A stretch of 64,000 nt of DNA. It comes from Antedon mediterranea (lineage: Eukaryota > Animalia > Echinodermata). Positions within the stretch are counted from its first letter, which is position 1. Each line of letters begins with the position of its first letter. Where the stretch lies: assembly GCF_964355755.1 (NCBI RefSeq), contig NC_092672.1, forward strand, positions 2,666,001 to 2,730,000, in the 5' to 3' direction. A program made the translations under genes and the position numbers. Of this stretch, positions 1-10,600 are shown one piece after another. The notes beneath the pieces are model-generated. The model saw only the letters and a list, made by a program, of their open reading frames with translations, was not told where the DNA came from and made no database searches.

Positions 1-229
1 AGATTAGCAGTTAATGCTGGTTAATTCGCTTAGGTTGTTTGCGCACAATATGGAGGAATATTAATGTAAAACATGAATATAAAATTATATAATGTTATAA
101 ACAACTAGTTATTATTTTAAAGAATCGGTGGGTCTAGAATAGTATTACAACATTCAGTATTAGGTAGCCTACTTTATAGGCCTAGGGAGCTAATTTGATA
201 GCTATAAGTGTACTTGCTTCAAATGCTAC

Positions 230-667
230 TTTAGTAATTGTCGGCGCAACGGTAAAATAAAACAACTACTAAATGTATACAGTAAACTATGCAATTTATT
301 CCAAGTGAATCAAGTGAGGATTCTCAATAAATAGATAAAATATACAATATACAATATTTGATAAGACAGAGCAATAAACGGTGTAGCTAAGATGCTGGTT
401 GAGAAAAGAGTGTGTTAATAATGTGGTCAGTGCATGGTAATATTGGGCTTGGCCCATCTCATCTGACCAATTAGGATTAAGAGAATTAATGTGGTTTTCT
501 GTTAGAGTCATTAACATTCTTAAAATCCATTAGCTAGAAAAGTGAAGGTAACAGGAAGGTAACCTGTCAATGTGAGGTTAAATAAAGAGATATATAGAGG
601 ATGTATAAATAATCAAATTAAAAGTAAATGTTGAATTGTTTAAAAGCTATGTGGTAGGTCTGCTACA
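230..667 (-). repeat. 3' LTR
   Basis: Matches 4806-5243 at offset 4576; only one mismatch seen (356 A vs 4932 G); starts TGTAGCA on the minus strand. Confidence 0.95.
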
Positions 668-683
668 GGAGCCCCCTTCCAGT
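668..683 (-). other. Polypurine tract
   Basis: ACTGGAAGGGGGCTCC directly abutting the 3' LTR on the minus strand. Confidence 0.8.
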
Positions 684-850
684 GAAAGAATTAATGATAG
701 AACGAGACAAAACGTTGAGGGAAATGAACATGTCTACCAGAACGAGTAGTACGGGGAGGGGTTGCCAAAATGGGTGACGGGTTGGTTGGTTTGACTAGGG
801 GTGATGCTTGTAGCTTGGGAGTGAGGGTTTGCTCTTGGCTTTTAAATATA

Positions 851-3235
851 TCAGTATCCAAATGAGCTACCTTTTAAGCGATCAATACTGACTGTGTCCT
901 GTCGACCATTTAGATCGAGAACAAAGTGTTTGTCTGTTCGACTTAATACCTTAAATGGACCATCATATGGACGTTGTAAGGGTTTTCGAACAGAGTCCCT
1001 TCGCACAAAAACATGGGTACAATTAAATATTTCTTGATTGATATAGGATTTACGGTTAGAGTTGGTGCGGGTAGGTGTGGGACGTAGTTTACTCATATTA
1101 TCACGCAATCTATCAATATAATTAGAATAATCACAATGTTCAGAGTTTGAATTAAAGAATTGTCCAGGTAATCTTAAAGTAGTGCCATAAACAAGTTCAG
1201 CTGCACTATGACCTAGATCAGCCTTAAGGGCTGTACGAATGCCTAAAAGTACTATAGGTAAATGTTCTGTCCATTTAGTGTGATCATTATGTGCTTTGAG
1301 AGAACCCTTCAAATGTCGATGAAAACGTTCTACAAGTCCGTTCGCAATAGGATGGTAGGCAGTTGTATGAATGTGCTTAGTTCCTAGTAAGTTGGCGAGT
1401 GAATGAAATAATGCAGATTCAAATTGTCTTCCTCGATCTGTTGTAATGGTTGAAGGTATTCCGAATGAAGCGATCCATCGATTGACAAATGCGTGTGCGA
1501 CAGTATCGGCTGTGATATCCGGAATAGGTACGGCTTCGGGCCATCGAGTAAAACGATCGATAAAAGTGAGTAAATAAGAAAAACCATTTGACGGAGGGAG
1601 AGGTCCAACAATATCTATATGTACATGGTCAAAACGGGCGTCAGGTGTAGAAAAAGTAGAGAGTGGCGAAACGGTGTGCCGGTGTACTTTGGAACGTTGA
1701 CATTGAATGCATGTTTGAGACCATCGTCGTACATCACGATTGATTGCTGGCCATACGAAACGGTCAGTAATTAAACGTTGTGTTGCTCGTATACCAGGAT
1801 GTGATAGCGAATGTAGAGTGTCAAATATTATGCGTCTGAATTCTTGTGGGATATATGGACGTGGATTGCCTTTGGAAATATCACAAAGAATTGTAGAGTC
1901 AGAAGTTGGAATTGGAAAGTTTTGAAATCGTAGTGAAAACGGTGATTCAAGTAGCTTGTGCAATTCATCGTCATTCTTTTGTGCAGCAGCAATAAGACTA
2001 AAATCAACAATGTTAGTTGTGTTGTGACTGAAAGTATTAAGTTCGATTCGCGACAATGCATCAGCTGCTGCATTAGCTTTTCCACTCACATGGCGTATGT
2101 CCGTTGTGAATTGAGATATGAAATCGAGATGACGGATTTCGCGTGGCGAGTGACGATTTGGTTTGGCGAGTAAAGCATACACAAGTGGCTTATGGTCAGT
2201 AAAAATATGAAATGAGCGTCCTTCAAGTGAATGACGAAAATGTTTAACTGAAAGGTATGCCGCCAAAAGTTCACGACCAAATGTGCTGTATCGCGTCTGC
2301 GCTGGTTTCAACTTCTGTGAGAAAAATGAAATAGGTTGCCAATTGTTGTCAATGCATTGTTGCAGTATACCGCCTATGGCCACATCCGAAGCGTCAACCA
2401 TGATACTTAAAGGTGCATCTGGCTGCGGATGGGTGAGAAGTGTAGCACTTGCGAGGGCGACTTTAATATTATTAAATCCCAATAAAGCTGCGTCGGTCCA
2501 TACCAGATCCTGTTTCTTACCTGCCCCAACAAGTAGAGCTGTGACAGGTTGTAAAATCTGGGCACACTGCGGTATAAATCGCCTATAAAAGTTAATAAGT
2601 CCAAGGAATTCACGTAGTTTGCGTAAAGAAGTTGGTTGTGGAAAGTTTTGTATCGCTTCGACCTTTACTTGAAGTGGTCGGACACCTTGCGAATCAACAT
2701 GATGTCCAAGAAACTCGAGTGACGAAACTCCAAATTGGCATTTCGCTGGGTTGAGAACAACGCCATACTCATTAAGACGTGTGAATAGTTGATGAAGATG
2801 AGTTTCGTGTTCCTCGGCGTTGGAACTTGCAACAAGCAGGTCGTCGATATAAGCGTAGCAAAAATCCAATCCACGCGTTACCTGATCAATAAAACGTTGA
2901 AAAGTTTGAGCGGCATTGCGGAGGCCAAATGGCATTCTAACAAATTCAAAAAGTCCAAATGGTGTAGTAATTGCTGTTTTATGAACATCAGCAGGTTCAA
3001 CTGGTATCTGATGGTAAGCTCGGACGAGATCAATCTTAGAAAATATAGTGGATCCGTGCAGAGATGCTGTAAAATCGTGCATGTATGGGATAGGATACCG
3101 ATCTGCAACAGTAGCATTGTTCAATGCTCGATAATCCCCACAGGGACGCCAATCCCCAGGAGTTTTCTTAGGCACCATATGTAAAGGTGATGCCCAGTTA
3201 CTTTTAGAGGGGCGTATAATTCCAAGCTGCATCAT
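851..3235 (-). CDS. pol: Pol: reverse transcriptase, RNase H, integrase (frameshifted at both ends; C-terminal tail continues to stop at 691 in another frame)
   Basis: YIDD RT motif, DAS..FGRELLA RNase H, HHCC zinc finger, DDE integrase, GPF motif; tail TTRSGRHVHFPQRF out of frame after an extra A at ~872. Confidence 0.93.
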   Translation of the reverse strand: MMQLGIIRPSKSNWASPLHMVPKKTPGDWRPCGDYRALNNATVADRYPIPYMHDFTASLHGSTIFSKIDLVRAYHQIPVEPADVHKTAITTPFGLFEFVRMPFGLRNAAQTFQRFIDQVTRGLDFCYAYIDDLLVASSNAEEHETHLHQLFTRLNEYGVVLNPAKCQFGVSSLEFLGHHVDSQGVRPLQVKVEAIQNFPQPTSLRKLREFLGLINFYRRFIPQCAQILQPVTALLVGAGKKQDLVWTDAALLGFNNIKVALASATLLTHPQPDAPLSIMVDASDVAIGGILQQCIDNNWQPISFFSQKLKPAQTRYSTFGRELLAAYLSVKHFRHSLEGRSFHIFTDHKPLVYALLAKPNRHSPREIRHLDFISQFTTDIRHVSGKANAAADALSRIELNTFSHNTTNIVDFSLIAAAQKNDDELHKLLESPFSLRFQNFPIPTSDSTILCDISKGNPRPYIPQEFRRIIFDTLHSLSHPGIRATQRLITDRFVWPAINRDVRRWSQTCIQCQRSKVHRHTVSPLSTFSTPDARFDHVHIDIVGPLPPSNGFSYLLTFIDRFTRWPEAVPIPDITADTVAHAFVNRWIASFGIPSTITTDRGRQFESALFHSLANLLGTKHIHTTAYHPIANGLVERFHRHLKGSLKAHNDHTKWTEHLPIVLLGIRTALKADLGHSAAELVYGTTLRLPGQFFNSNSEHCDYSNYIDRLRDNMSKLRPTPTRTNSNRKSYINQEIFNCTHVFVRRDSVRKPLQRPYDGPFKVLSRTDKHFVLDLNGRQDTVSIDRLKGSSFGY

Positions 3236-3269
3236 GTGTTCAAATTCATGTCTGGCTGTTTTGCAGCGG

Positions 3270-3875
3270 TCATGTGCGAGCCGTCGAGGATGTGACGAAA
3301 TTGGTGGACCATGGGTCTGAATATGATGTCACATCGTGTTTTAGCGACGCTTCCTGATAACAAGGGCGTGTAATGTTTGGGAATTTTGTAAGAATGTAGT
3401 CCCAACTGGACTTAGCCTCAAGGGTGGTAAATATAAGACCGAGAGGCGAAGTTTTGGAGGCGACACCTTGAATACTCAGGTTGGTGGTAGTGTCAATGAG
3501 TCGTCGATTATTCATATCGACTAACAGTCCAAAATGTCTTAAAAAATCAGCCCCTATGATGGGGTGTGTGACGTCTGCGACAACAAATAACCATTGAGAT
3601 GTTCGTCTCAAACCTAAGTCTAAGGTTACAGAGCGATGTCCATAAGTGTTGATAGATGTATTATTTGCGGCAGTCAAAGTAGACTCTTGTCGCCTATGTA
3701 GACGCTCATGGCGAGTAGGTGGAACAACGCTAACTTCTGCCCCAGTGTCTATGAGGAAACGTTGTTTGGATAATTGATTAACAATAAAGAAAAGGCGACT
3801 TACGAATTGACGGCCAGCAACATTCGTCGCATTTAGTTGTCGGCGTTGGAGTTTTCCGAACACGGCGGATTGCAT
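3270..3875 (-). CDS. Pol N-terminus: aspartic protease, -1 frame relative to gag
   Basis: [10 protein letters not shown] and IIGADFL motifs; overlaps gag end at candidate slippery site GGAAAAC (3851-3857); frame break near 3328 separates it from RT. Confidence 0.9.
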   Translation of the reverse strand: MQSAVFGKLQRRQLNATNVAGRQFVSRLFFIVNQLSKQRFLIDTGAEVSVVPPTRHERLHRRQESTLTAANNTSINTYGHRSVTLDLGLRRTSQWLFVVADVTHPIIGADFLRHFGLLVDMNNRRLIDTTTNLSIQGVASKTSPLGLIFTTLEAKSSWDYILTKFPNITRPCYQEASLKHDVTSYSDPWSTNFVTSSTART

Positions 3876-4765
3876 TTTCGAGCATTTACTCCAAATTTTT
3901 CATGGTACCAACAGAGTTGAGGAGTGTTGTTTGAATGTTGAGCTGAGCGACTGGTACTGTTAGGTTGAGCAGGAGATGAATGCCTACCACTCGATCGATT
4001 TCGGTGTCGACTTGTGCTTCGACTTTGATATCTGTTGTGCCGTCGGTCAGATTGCAAGGAATTAACTTGCGTCGACAGTTGTTGAATCTGTTTTTGCAGG
4101 TTTTCAAGGGTCGCAGACAAGGAGGGTGTATTGTCCGTGTGTACTGCCGATACACTTGTTGGCGCAGTTGCAGTTACAGATACTTCAATAATTTTGTCAG
4201 CCAATGATGTCAAGCTTCCCAGGTCCAACTCATCCTTGGTTGAAGCTAGGATAAGCTGTACATTAGTTGGGAGGCGACTTAAGAATAGTTGTTTCATAAT
4301 TGAAGATTCAAGTGGCCTGTCGCCTAAGAGTTGTAACATCCGTCGGTATAATTGCGACGGTTTCCTATCCCCCAACTCCTCGGCCGTCAGGAGTTGGCGG
4401 AGGCGCTGTTGGTCGGAGTCAGTTGTCCGACGTATTAAGGTATCTTTCAAGTTCACATACCTGTTATCAGTAGGCGGGTTGAGAAGTAGATCCCGAACTT
4501 CCTGCGCAATTTCAGGTTGCAATGATCCGACTAAGTAAGCGTATTTTGTAGCATCTACTGTAATCCCACGCGTTGTGAACTGTGCTTCCACTTGGGTGAA
4601 CCACAATATCGGATCATTGGGCCAGTATGGAGGCAGTTTCAACGCTACCGAAGAAATTGGCCTGTTGACGGTTGCTGCGTCAGGAGCGGGCACCACAGGT
4701 TGTTCCTGGTGCTGGGGTTGTGCTGGAGGTTGCGGTAGCTGTCGTTGTTGCTGTTGTCCTTCCAT
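3833..4765 (-). CDS. gag: Gag protein
   Basis: 310-aa ORF with KLPPYW..WFTQVEAQF N-terminal domain and C-X2-H-X9-C-X3-C ([18 protein letters not shown]) motif. Confidence 0.93.
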   Translation of the reverse strand: MEGQQQQRQLPQPPAQPQHQEQPVVPAPDAATVNRPISSVALKLPPYWPNDPILWFTQVEAQFTTRGITVDATKYAYLVGSLQPEIAQEVRDLLLNPPTDNRYVNLKDTLIRRTTDSDQQRLRQLLTAEELGDRKPSQLYRRMLQLLGDRPLESSIMKQLFLSRLPTNVQLILASTKDELDLGSLTSLADKIIEVSVTATAPTSVSAVHTDNTPSLSATLENLQKQIQQLSTQVNSLQSDRRHNRYQSRSTSRHRNRSSGRHSSPAQPNSTSRSAQHSNNTPQLCWYHEKFGVNARKCNPPCSENSNADN

Positions 4766-4788
4766 TTTAAGTTAAATTCGGTATAAGA

Positions 4789-4804
4789 ACGTCGAGGGTC
4801 ACCA
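4789..4804 (-). other. Primer-binding site, tRNA-Trp type
   Basis: TGGTGACCCTCGACGT, one base after the 5' LTR; resembles the tRNA-Trp PBS TGGTGACCCCGACGT. Confidence 0.85.
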
Positions 4805-4805
4805 C

Positions 4806-5243
4806 TTTAGTAATTGTCGGCGCAACGGTAAAATAAAACAACTACTAAATGTATACAGTAAACTATGCAATTTATTCCAAGTGAATCAAGTGAGGATTCT
4901 CAATAAATAGATAAAATATACAATATACAATGTTTGATAAGACAGAGCAATAAACGGTGTAGCTAAGATGCTGGTTGAGAAAAGAGTGTGTTAATAATGT
5001 GGTCAGTGCATGGTAATATTGGGCTTGGCCCATCTCATCTGACCAATTAGGATTAAGAGAATTAATGTGGTTTTCTGTTAGAGTCATTAACATTCTTAAA
5101 ATCCATTAGCTAGAAAAGTGAAGGTAACAGGAAGGTAACCTGTCAATGTGAGGTTAAATAAAGAGATATATAGAGGATGTATAAATAATCAAATTAAAAG
5201 TAAATGTTGAATTGTTTAAAAGCTATGTGGTAGGTCTGCTACA
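4806..5243 (-). repeat. 5' LTR
   Basis: Direct repeat of 230-667, followed by the PBS. Confidence 0.95.
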
Positions 5244-5748
5244 CTACATTTCATATTATTAATTAGTATAGCTGCAAGGACATGTCCCGAGTCAACATAC
5301 TGAATAACATGTTTCAATAATGAGTTTCTTTCACACATGATTATTATTGTGATGAGACTCGAATTACTCCAAAATCAGCGTTTCTAAAGCCGGAATAATT
5401 AACAGAAAAGAATCACACATTGAAGAAACGAAAAAAAAAAACCTTTCAAAATCCTTCAACGACCAATAACATACAATAAACCGGTTTTAATTTTCCATCC
5501 ACAAACAAATCACAACGAAGGTCACATAACAGCATAGCATACTTTTTCACGACCAACTATATCCGGTTAAATCCACTCTAAAAACGTTTAGTATTGACAC
5601 TACTTAATATAATATTCTGGATGTTTCGATCAATCAAATCACCCAATATGGTTCTGTACTTCAGCAGTCCCCTGACCGAATTTCCTCTTTTTATTTGTTT
5701 ACATTGTTTGTTGGTCGATCGTCGGTACATGACGTAACAGGTCCTTGT

Positions 5749-6378
5749 GCTTGGTTCCCACTAAAGACGATGGATATTCGAACTGTCGCTTGTCATTGGT
5801 AAAGCGTGGTTCCCACTAGCGACGCAACGCAAGGACGTAACGCAACACAAATGAATTGACCAATCACAAGCGATGGCTTATTCGCTTGTGATTGCTAACT
5901 GTCTATAACTTCGCTTGTCATTGGTTAAAACGCTTGCGTTGCGTTACGTCCTTCCGTTACGTTCTAGTGGGAACCAAGCTTTAACACGCTTGCGTTGCGT
6001 CTGCGTTCTTCCGTTGCGTCTCTAGTGGGAACCAACCGTTCTACAGTATATACACAATAACAAAAGACTGTACGTGAAAACAAATCGGACAAATGTGCAT
6101 TTAGGCCTAATAAAGACGCATAACGTTCAACAAAGTGACCGTGAGATATACGTAGGCCTATACGTATACATTATTAAACATACTTTTTTTTCGTGGTTAC
6201 ACATTAAGCGTGGTTCCCACTAGCGACGCAACACAAGGACGTAACGCAACGCAAGTGAATTGACCAATCACAAGCCATGGCTTATTCGCTTGTGATTGCT
6301 AACTGTCTATAACTTCGCTTGTCATTGATTAAAACGCGTTGCGTTTACGTCCTTGCGTTACATTCTAGTGGGAACCAA
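5749..6378. mobile_element. Cluster of Harbinger-like MITEs, family A (5803-5980 nested in 5749-6036; 6207-6378)
   Basis: TIRs AGC(G/T)TGGTTCCCACTAG ... CTAGTGGGAACCA; palindromic bodies; same family at 15096-15425 and 20151-20374. Confidence 0.8.
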
Positions 6379-6392
6379 TTTGCATATTTAGG

Positions 6393-7377
6393 TAGTCTGG
6401 GTTCCAGACGGAGTTTTGTCTTAATATTAGTAAAAAGATAAATATTTTGGCACATATGGCGTTTCATACGTTTACTACTTGATTTTGGATACTCCGTCTG
6501 GGGAAACACGCACAAGTCACGTGGTTTGACACCAAGAATTCTTGGTGCATACGATTATCCGGTTGACTAGTTTCAGCTGCATGCGATTGGCTACTCACTC
6601 GTACACTGTTTTAATATTCATATTTCAGAATTTCAAAGACTCAACATCTAAGATGATGCGCATGCGCTATTTTACGTTTAGACAATGTGTACTTTTGGGT
6701 ACATCATGAAGGTACCTCCATGGGTACATTGATGAAAGTTTCTGAAGGCTAGAAATGATTTTATCCCTAGTAGTCTGGTAATTATTTGATGGGATTTTTC
6801 CCAAGAACATGAAAACTCGTCTTGATATGATAGGTTAGCTTCTCCGCAAATCAAACATTGATTGAATGGATCATTTATTACGCGGAGATATTTTGATTTA
6901 ATTCCCACCCAGACCCTGTCCTGTTCTGTGTGGTGGTGTAGCCCTGTTGTGTGCCGGTGGTGGTATGTAGGCCTACCTTATTGGCGTTTTATTCGGCAGG
7001 TCATACGTGCGAGTTGAGCAGGACCTACGAAGGAGGCCTAGGCCAAGGACTAAACAATTAATAAACAAAACAACTTGGCAACACGATTTTATATTTCAAC
7101 AGTCTTGATCGTACATTCAGCACTGTTCGTATAGTACTCGATCTTTTTTATTTTGAAACAAAATGATCATTGGCTGATTCGAAATCCATATTTACATACC
7201 GCCCGCCCCATATAGCCAAATACGGTATCGTAACCTACGTCATTCTTATCGGATGCTTGCGGTCTGCAAATCGATTTCTATACGTGTTTCACAAGTCTGT
7301 ATTTTCAGACAAAAATCGCGGTCGAAATAAAAACAAATAAATAAAAAAAAAGACAATACAGACTTGGAGCAAGTCTA
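6393..7377 (+). mobile_element. Non-autonomous DNA transposon with TAG..CTA ends, AcademH-like, copy 1
   Basis: Reverse-complement match to 52769-53748; 9-bp TSD ATATTTAGG (6384-6392, 7378-7386); terminal hairpins. Confidence 0.8.
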
Positions 7378-7451
7378 ATATTTAGGGTGCAGCCATGATG
7401 ATTTTGAAGGATACGTTTTTGTATTTGTTGCCCATTCAACAACTCAACGGA

Positions 7452-7567
7452 TGACGTCACTTCAGAATAAACCGAACCGAATATTCACGAACGAAGATTA
7501 CTACAATAGATTTGATCATTATTGATGACTTGCGGAAACGACGAGGTGAAAGCTGCAACTATAAAAG
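7452..7567 (+). promoter_or_regulatory. Putative GST-1 proximal promoter (CRE and TATA)
   Basis: Perfect CRE TGACGTCA 7452-7459 and TATAAAAG 7560-7567, upstream of ATG 7633. Confidence 0.45.
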
Positions 7568-7632
7568 CTAACCAGACCAAGAGATTTGCCATTATACAAC
7601 AATCTCCCACACGTGCTGTACTGCTTTGAAAA

Positions 7633-10600
7633 ATGGCTCCGAGATATGAACTTCTGTACTTTAACGCAAAAGGTTCGGTTGAGCCCGCTCGATTGATGTT
7701 TGCTCAAGCTGGTGTAGAATTCGTGGATACGCGTTTTTCTTCGGAAGAATGGCCCAAAGTAAAACCAGGTATGTGTCGTTGTTTGTAGCCTACACTTAGT
7801 ATGTAGGCAGGGCACGCAGTGTTTAACGCAATCCATGCAATATAGGTTAAAATTAGTTAGATAGTTTGACCGGGTTTCTGTTCCATTTCTTTCTCAGACA
7901 AGAAACGATTTCCGTTCGGTCAGGTTCCAGTTTTGCTGATAGACGACAGAGCACTCCCGCAATCAAGAGCCATTTTTAGATTCCTTGCACGTGAATTTAG
8001 TAAGTTAATTCATGGAGTAAATACTCCATGGTTAATTATTGTACATATCACCCCATTTGAGCCTTTTTCTCGCTTGGTTCAGTGGGAAACAAGCTTTAAG
8101 CTATATCTACTACACAATGCAAACTCAATAACGTAATATATATAATGTATAAAGGCAAGTGATTTGACCAATCAAGACGCGATAGATGATCTATCTCGTC
8201 TTGATTGGTCAAATCACTTACGTTGCGTTTATTACGGTAGCATTAGCAGTAGTCGCATTATTGCTATAGTGCTCGGAATGTAGCTTACCGTTGGCCTATA
8301 TACAATGGCGTAGCGAGTATGAGCGCAGTCACTGGCTAAACCCAGGGGCGCCGGAGCTTATAGGGGCTCCTGAGCAGTGCCCAGAGAGTAAAACATGCAT
8401 TAAAATATGTCGAAGAAAGCTAAAAACGAGGGCCACTTAGGGCTCCTAACCCACCAGGAGGGGCTTCCTCGTACGCCACTTAGGGCTCCTAACCCACCAG
8501 GAGGGGCTTCCTCGTACGCCACTTAGGGCTCCTAACCCACCAGGAGGGGCTTCCTCGTACGCCACTTAGGGCTCCTAACCCACCAGGAGGGGCTTCCTCG
8601 TACGCCACTTAGGGCTCCTAACCCACCAGGAGGGGCTTCCTCGTACGCCACTTAGGGCTCCTAACCCACCAGGAGGGGCTTCCTCGTACGCCACTTAGGG
8701 CTCCTAACCCACCAGGAGGGGCTTCCTCGTACGCCACTTAGGGCTCCTAACCCACCAGGAGGGGCTTCCTCGTACGCCACTTAGGGCTCCTAACCCACCA
8801 GGAGGGGCCTCCTCGTACGCCACTTAGGGCTCCTAACCCACCAGGAGGGGCTTCCTCGTACGCCACTTAGGGCTCCTAACCCACCAGGAGGGGCTTCCTC
8901 GTACGCCACTTAGGGCTCCTAACCCACCAGGAGGGGCTTCCTCGTACGCCACTTAGGGCTCCTAACCCACCAGGAGGGGCTTCCTCGTACGCCACTTAGG
9001 GCTCCTAACCCACCAGGAGGGGCTTCCTCGTACGCCACTTAGGGCTCCTAACCCACCAGGAGGGGCCTCCTCGTACGCCACTTAGGGCTCCTAACCCACC
9101 AGGAGGGGCTTCCTCGTACGCCACTTAGGGCTCCTAACCCACCAGGAGGGGCTTCCTCGTACGCCACTTAGGGCTCCTAACCCACCAGGAGGGGCTTCCT
9201 CGTACGCCACTTAGGGCTCCTAACCCACCAGGAGGGGCTTCCTCGTACGCCACTTAGGGCTCCTAACCCACCAGGAGGGGCCTCCTCGTACGCCACTTAG
9301 GGCTCCTAACCCACCAGGAGGGGCTTCCTCGTACGCCACTTAGGGCTCCTAACCCACCAGGAGGGGCTTCCTCGTACGCCACTTAGGGCTCCTAACCCAC
9401 CAGGAGGGGCCTCCTCGTACGCCACTTAGGGCTCCTAACCCACCAGGAGGGGCTTCCTCGTACGCCACTTAGGGCTCCTAACCCACCAGGAGGGGCCTCC
9501 TCGTACGCCACTTAGGGCTCCTAACCCACCAGGAGGGGCTTCCTCGTACGCCACTTAGGGCTCCTAACCCACCAGGAGGGGCTTCCTCGTACGCCACTTA
9601 GGGCTCCTAACCCACCAGGAGGGGCTTCCTCGTACGCCACTTAGGGCTCCTAACCCACCAGGAGGGGCTTCCTCGTACGCCACTTAGGGCTCCTAACCCA
9701 CCAGGAGGGGCTTCCTCGTACGCCACTTAGGGCTCCTAACCCACCAGGAGGGGCTTCCTCGTACGCCACTTAGGGCTCCTAACCCACCAGGAGGGGCTTC
9801 CTCGTACGCCACTTAGGGCTCCTAACCCACCAGGAGGGGCCTCCTCGTACGCCACTTAGGGCTCCTAACCCACCAGGAGGGGCTTCCTCGTACGCCACTT
9901 AGGGCTCCTAACCCACCAGGAGGGGCCTCCTCGTACGCCACTTAGGGCTCCTAACCCACCAGGAGGGGCTTCCTCGTACGCCACTTAGGGCTCCTAACCC
10001 ACCAGGAGGGGCTTCCTCGTACGCCACTTAGGGCTCCTAACCCACCAGGAGGGGCCTCCTCGTACGCCACTTAGGGCTCCTAACCCACCAGGAGGGGCTT
10101 CCTCGTACGCCACTTAGGGCTCCTAACCCACCAGGAGGGGCCTCCTCGTACGCCACTTAGGGCTCCTAACCCACCAGGAGGGGCTTCCTCGTACGCCACT
10201 TAGGGCTCCTAACCCACCAGGAGGGGCTTCCTCGTACGCCACTTAGGGCTCCTAACCCACCAGGAGGGGCTTCCTCGTACGCCACTTAGGGCTCCTAACC
10301 CACCAGGAGGGGCTTCCTCGTACGCCACTTAGGGCTCCTAACCCACCAGGAGGGGCTTCCTCGTACGCCACTTAGGGCTCCTAACCCACCAGGAGGGGCT
10401 TCCTCGTACGCCACTTAGGGCTCCTAACCCACCAGGAGGGGCTTCCTCGTACGCCACTTAGGGCTCCTAACCCACCAGGAGGGGCTTCCTCGTACGCCAC
10501 TTAGGGCTCCTAACCCACCAGGAGGGGCTTCCTCGTACGCCACTTAGGGCTCCTAACCCACCAGGAGGGGCTTCCTCGTACGCCACTTAGGGCTCCTAAC

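Larger units (their letters stand above)
230..5243 (-). mobile_element. Full-length Ty3/Gypsy LTR retrotransposon, CsRN1-like clade
   Basis: 438-bp direct LTRs (230-667, 4806-5243); 4-bp TSD CTAC (226-229, 5244-5247); tRNA-Trp-type PBS; PPT; gag with CHCC motif; PR-RT-RH-IN domain order. Confidence 0.96.

Noticed and set aside
296-517. 73-aa ORF repeated at 4872-5093
   Set aside because: Lies inside the LTRs; identity simply reflects LTR duplication
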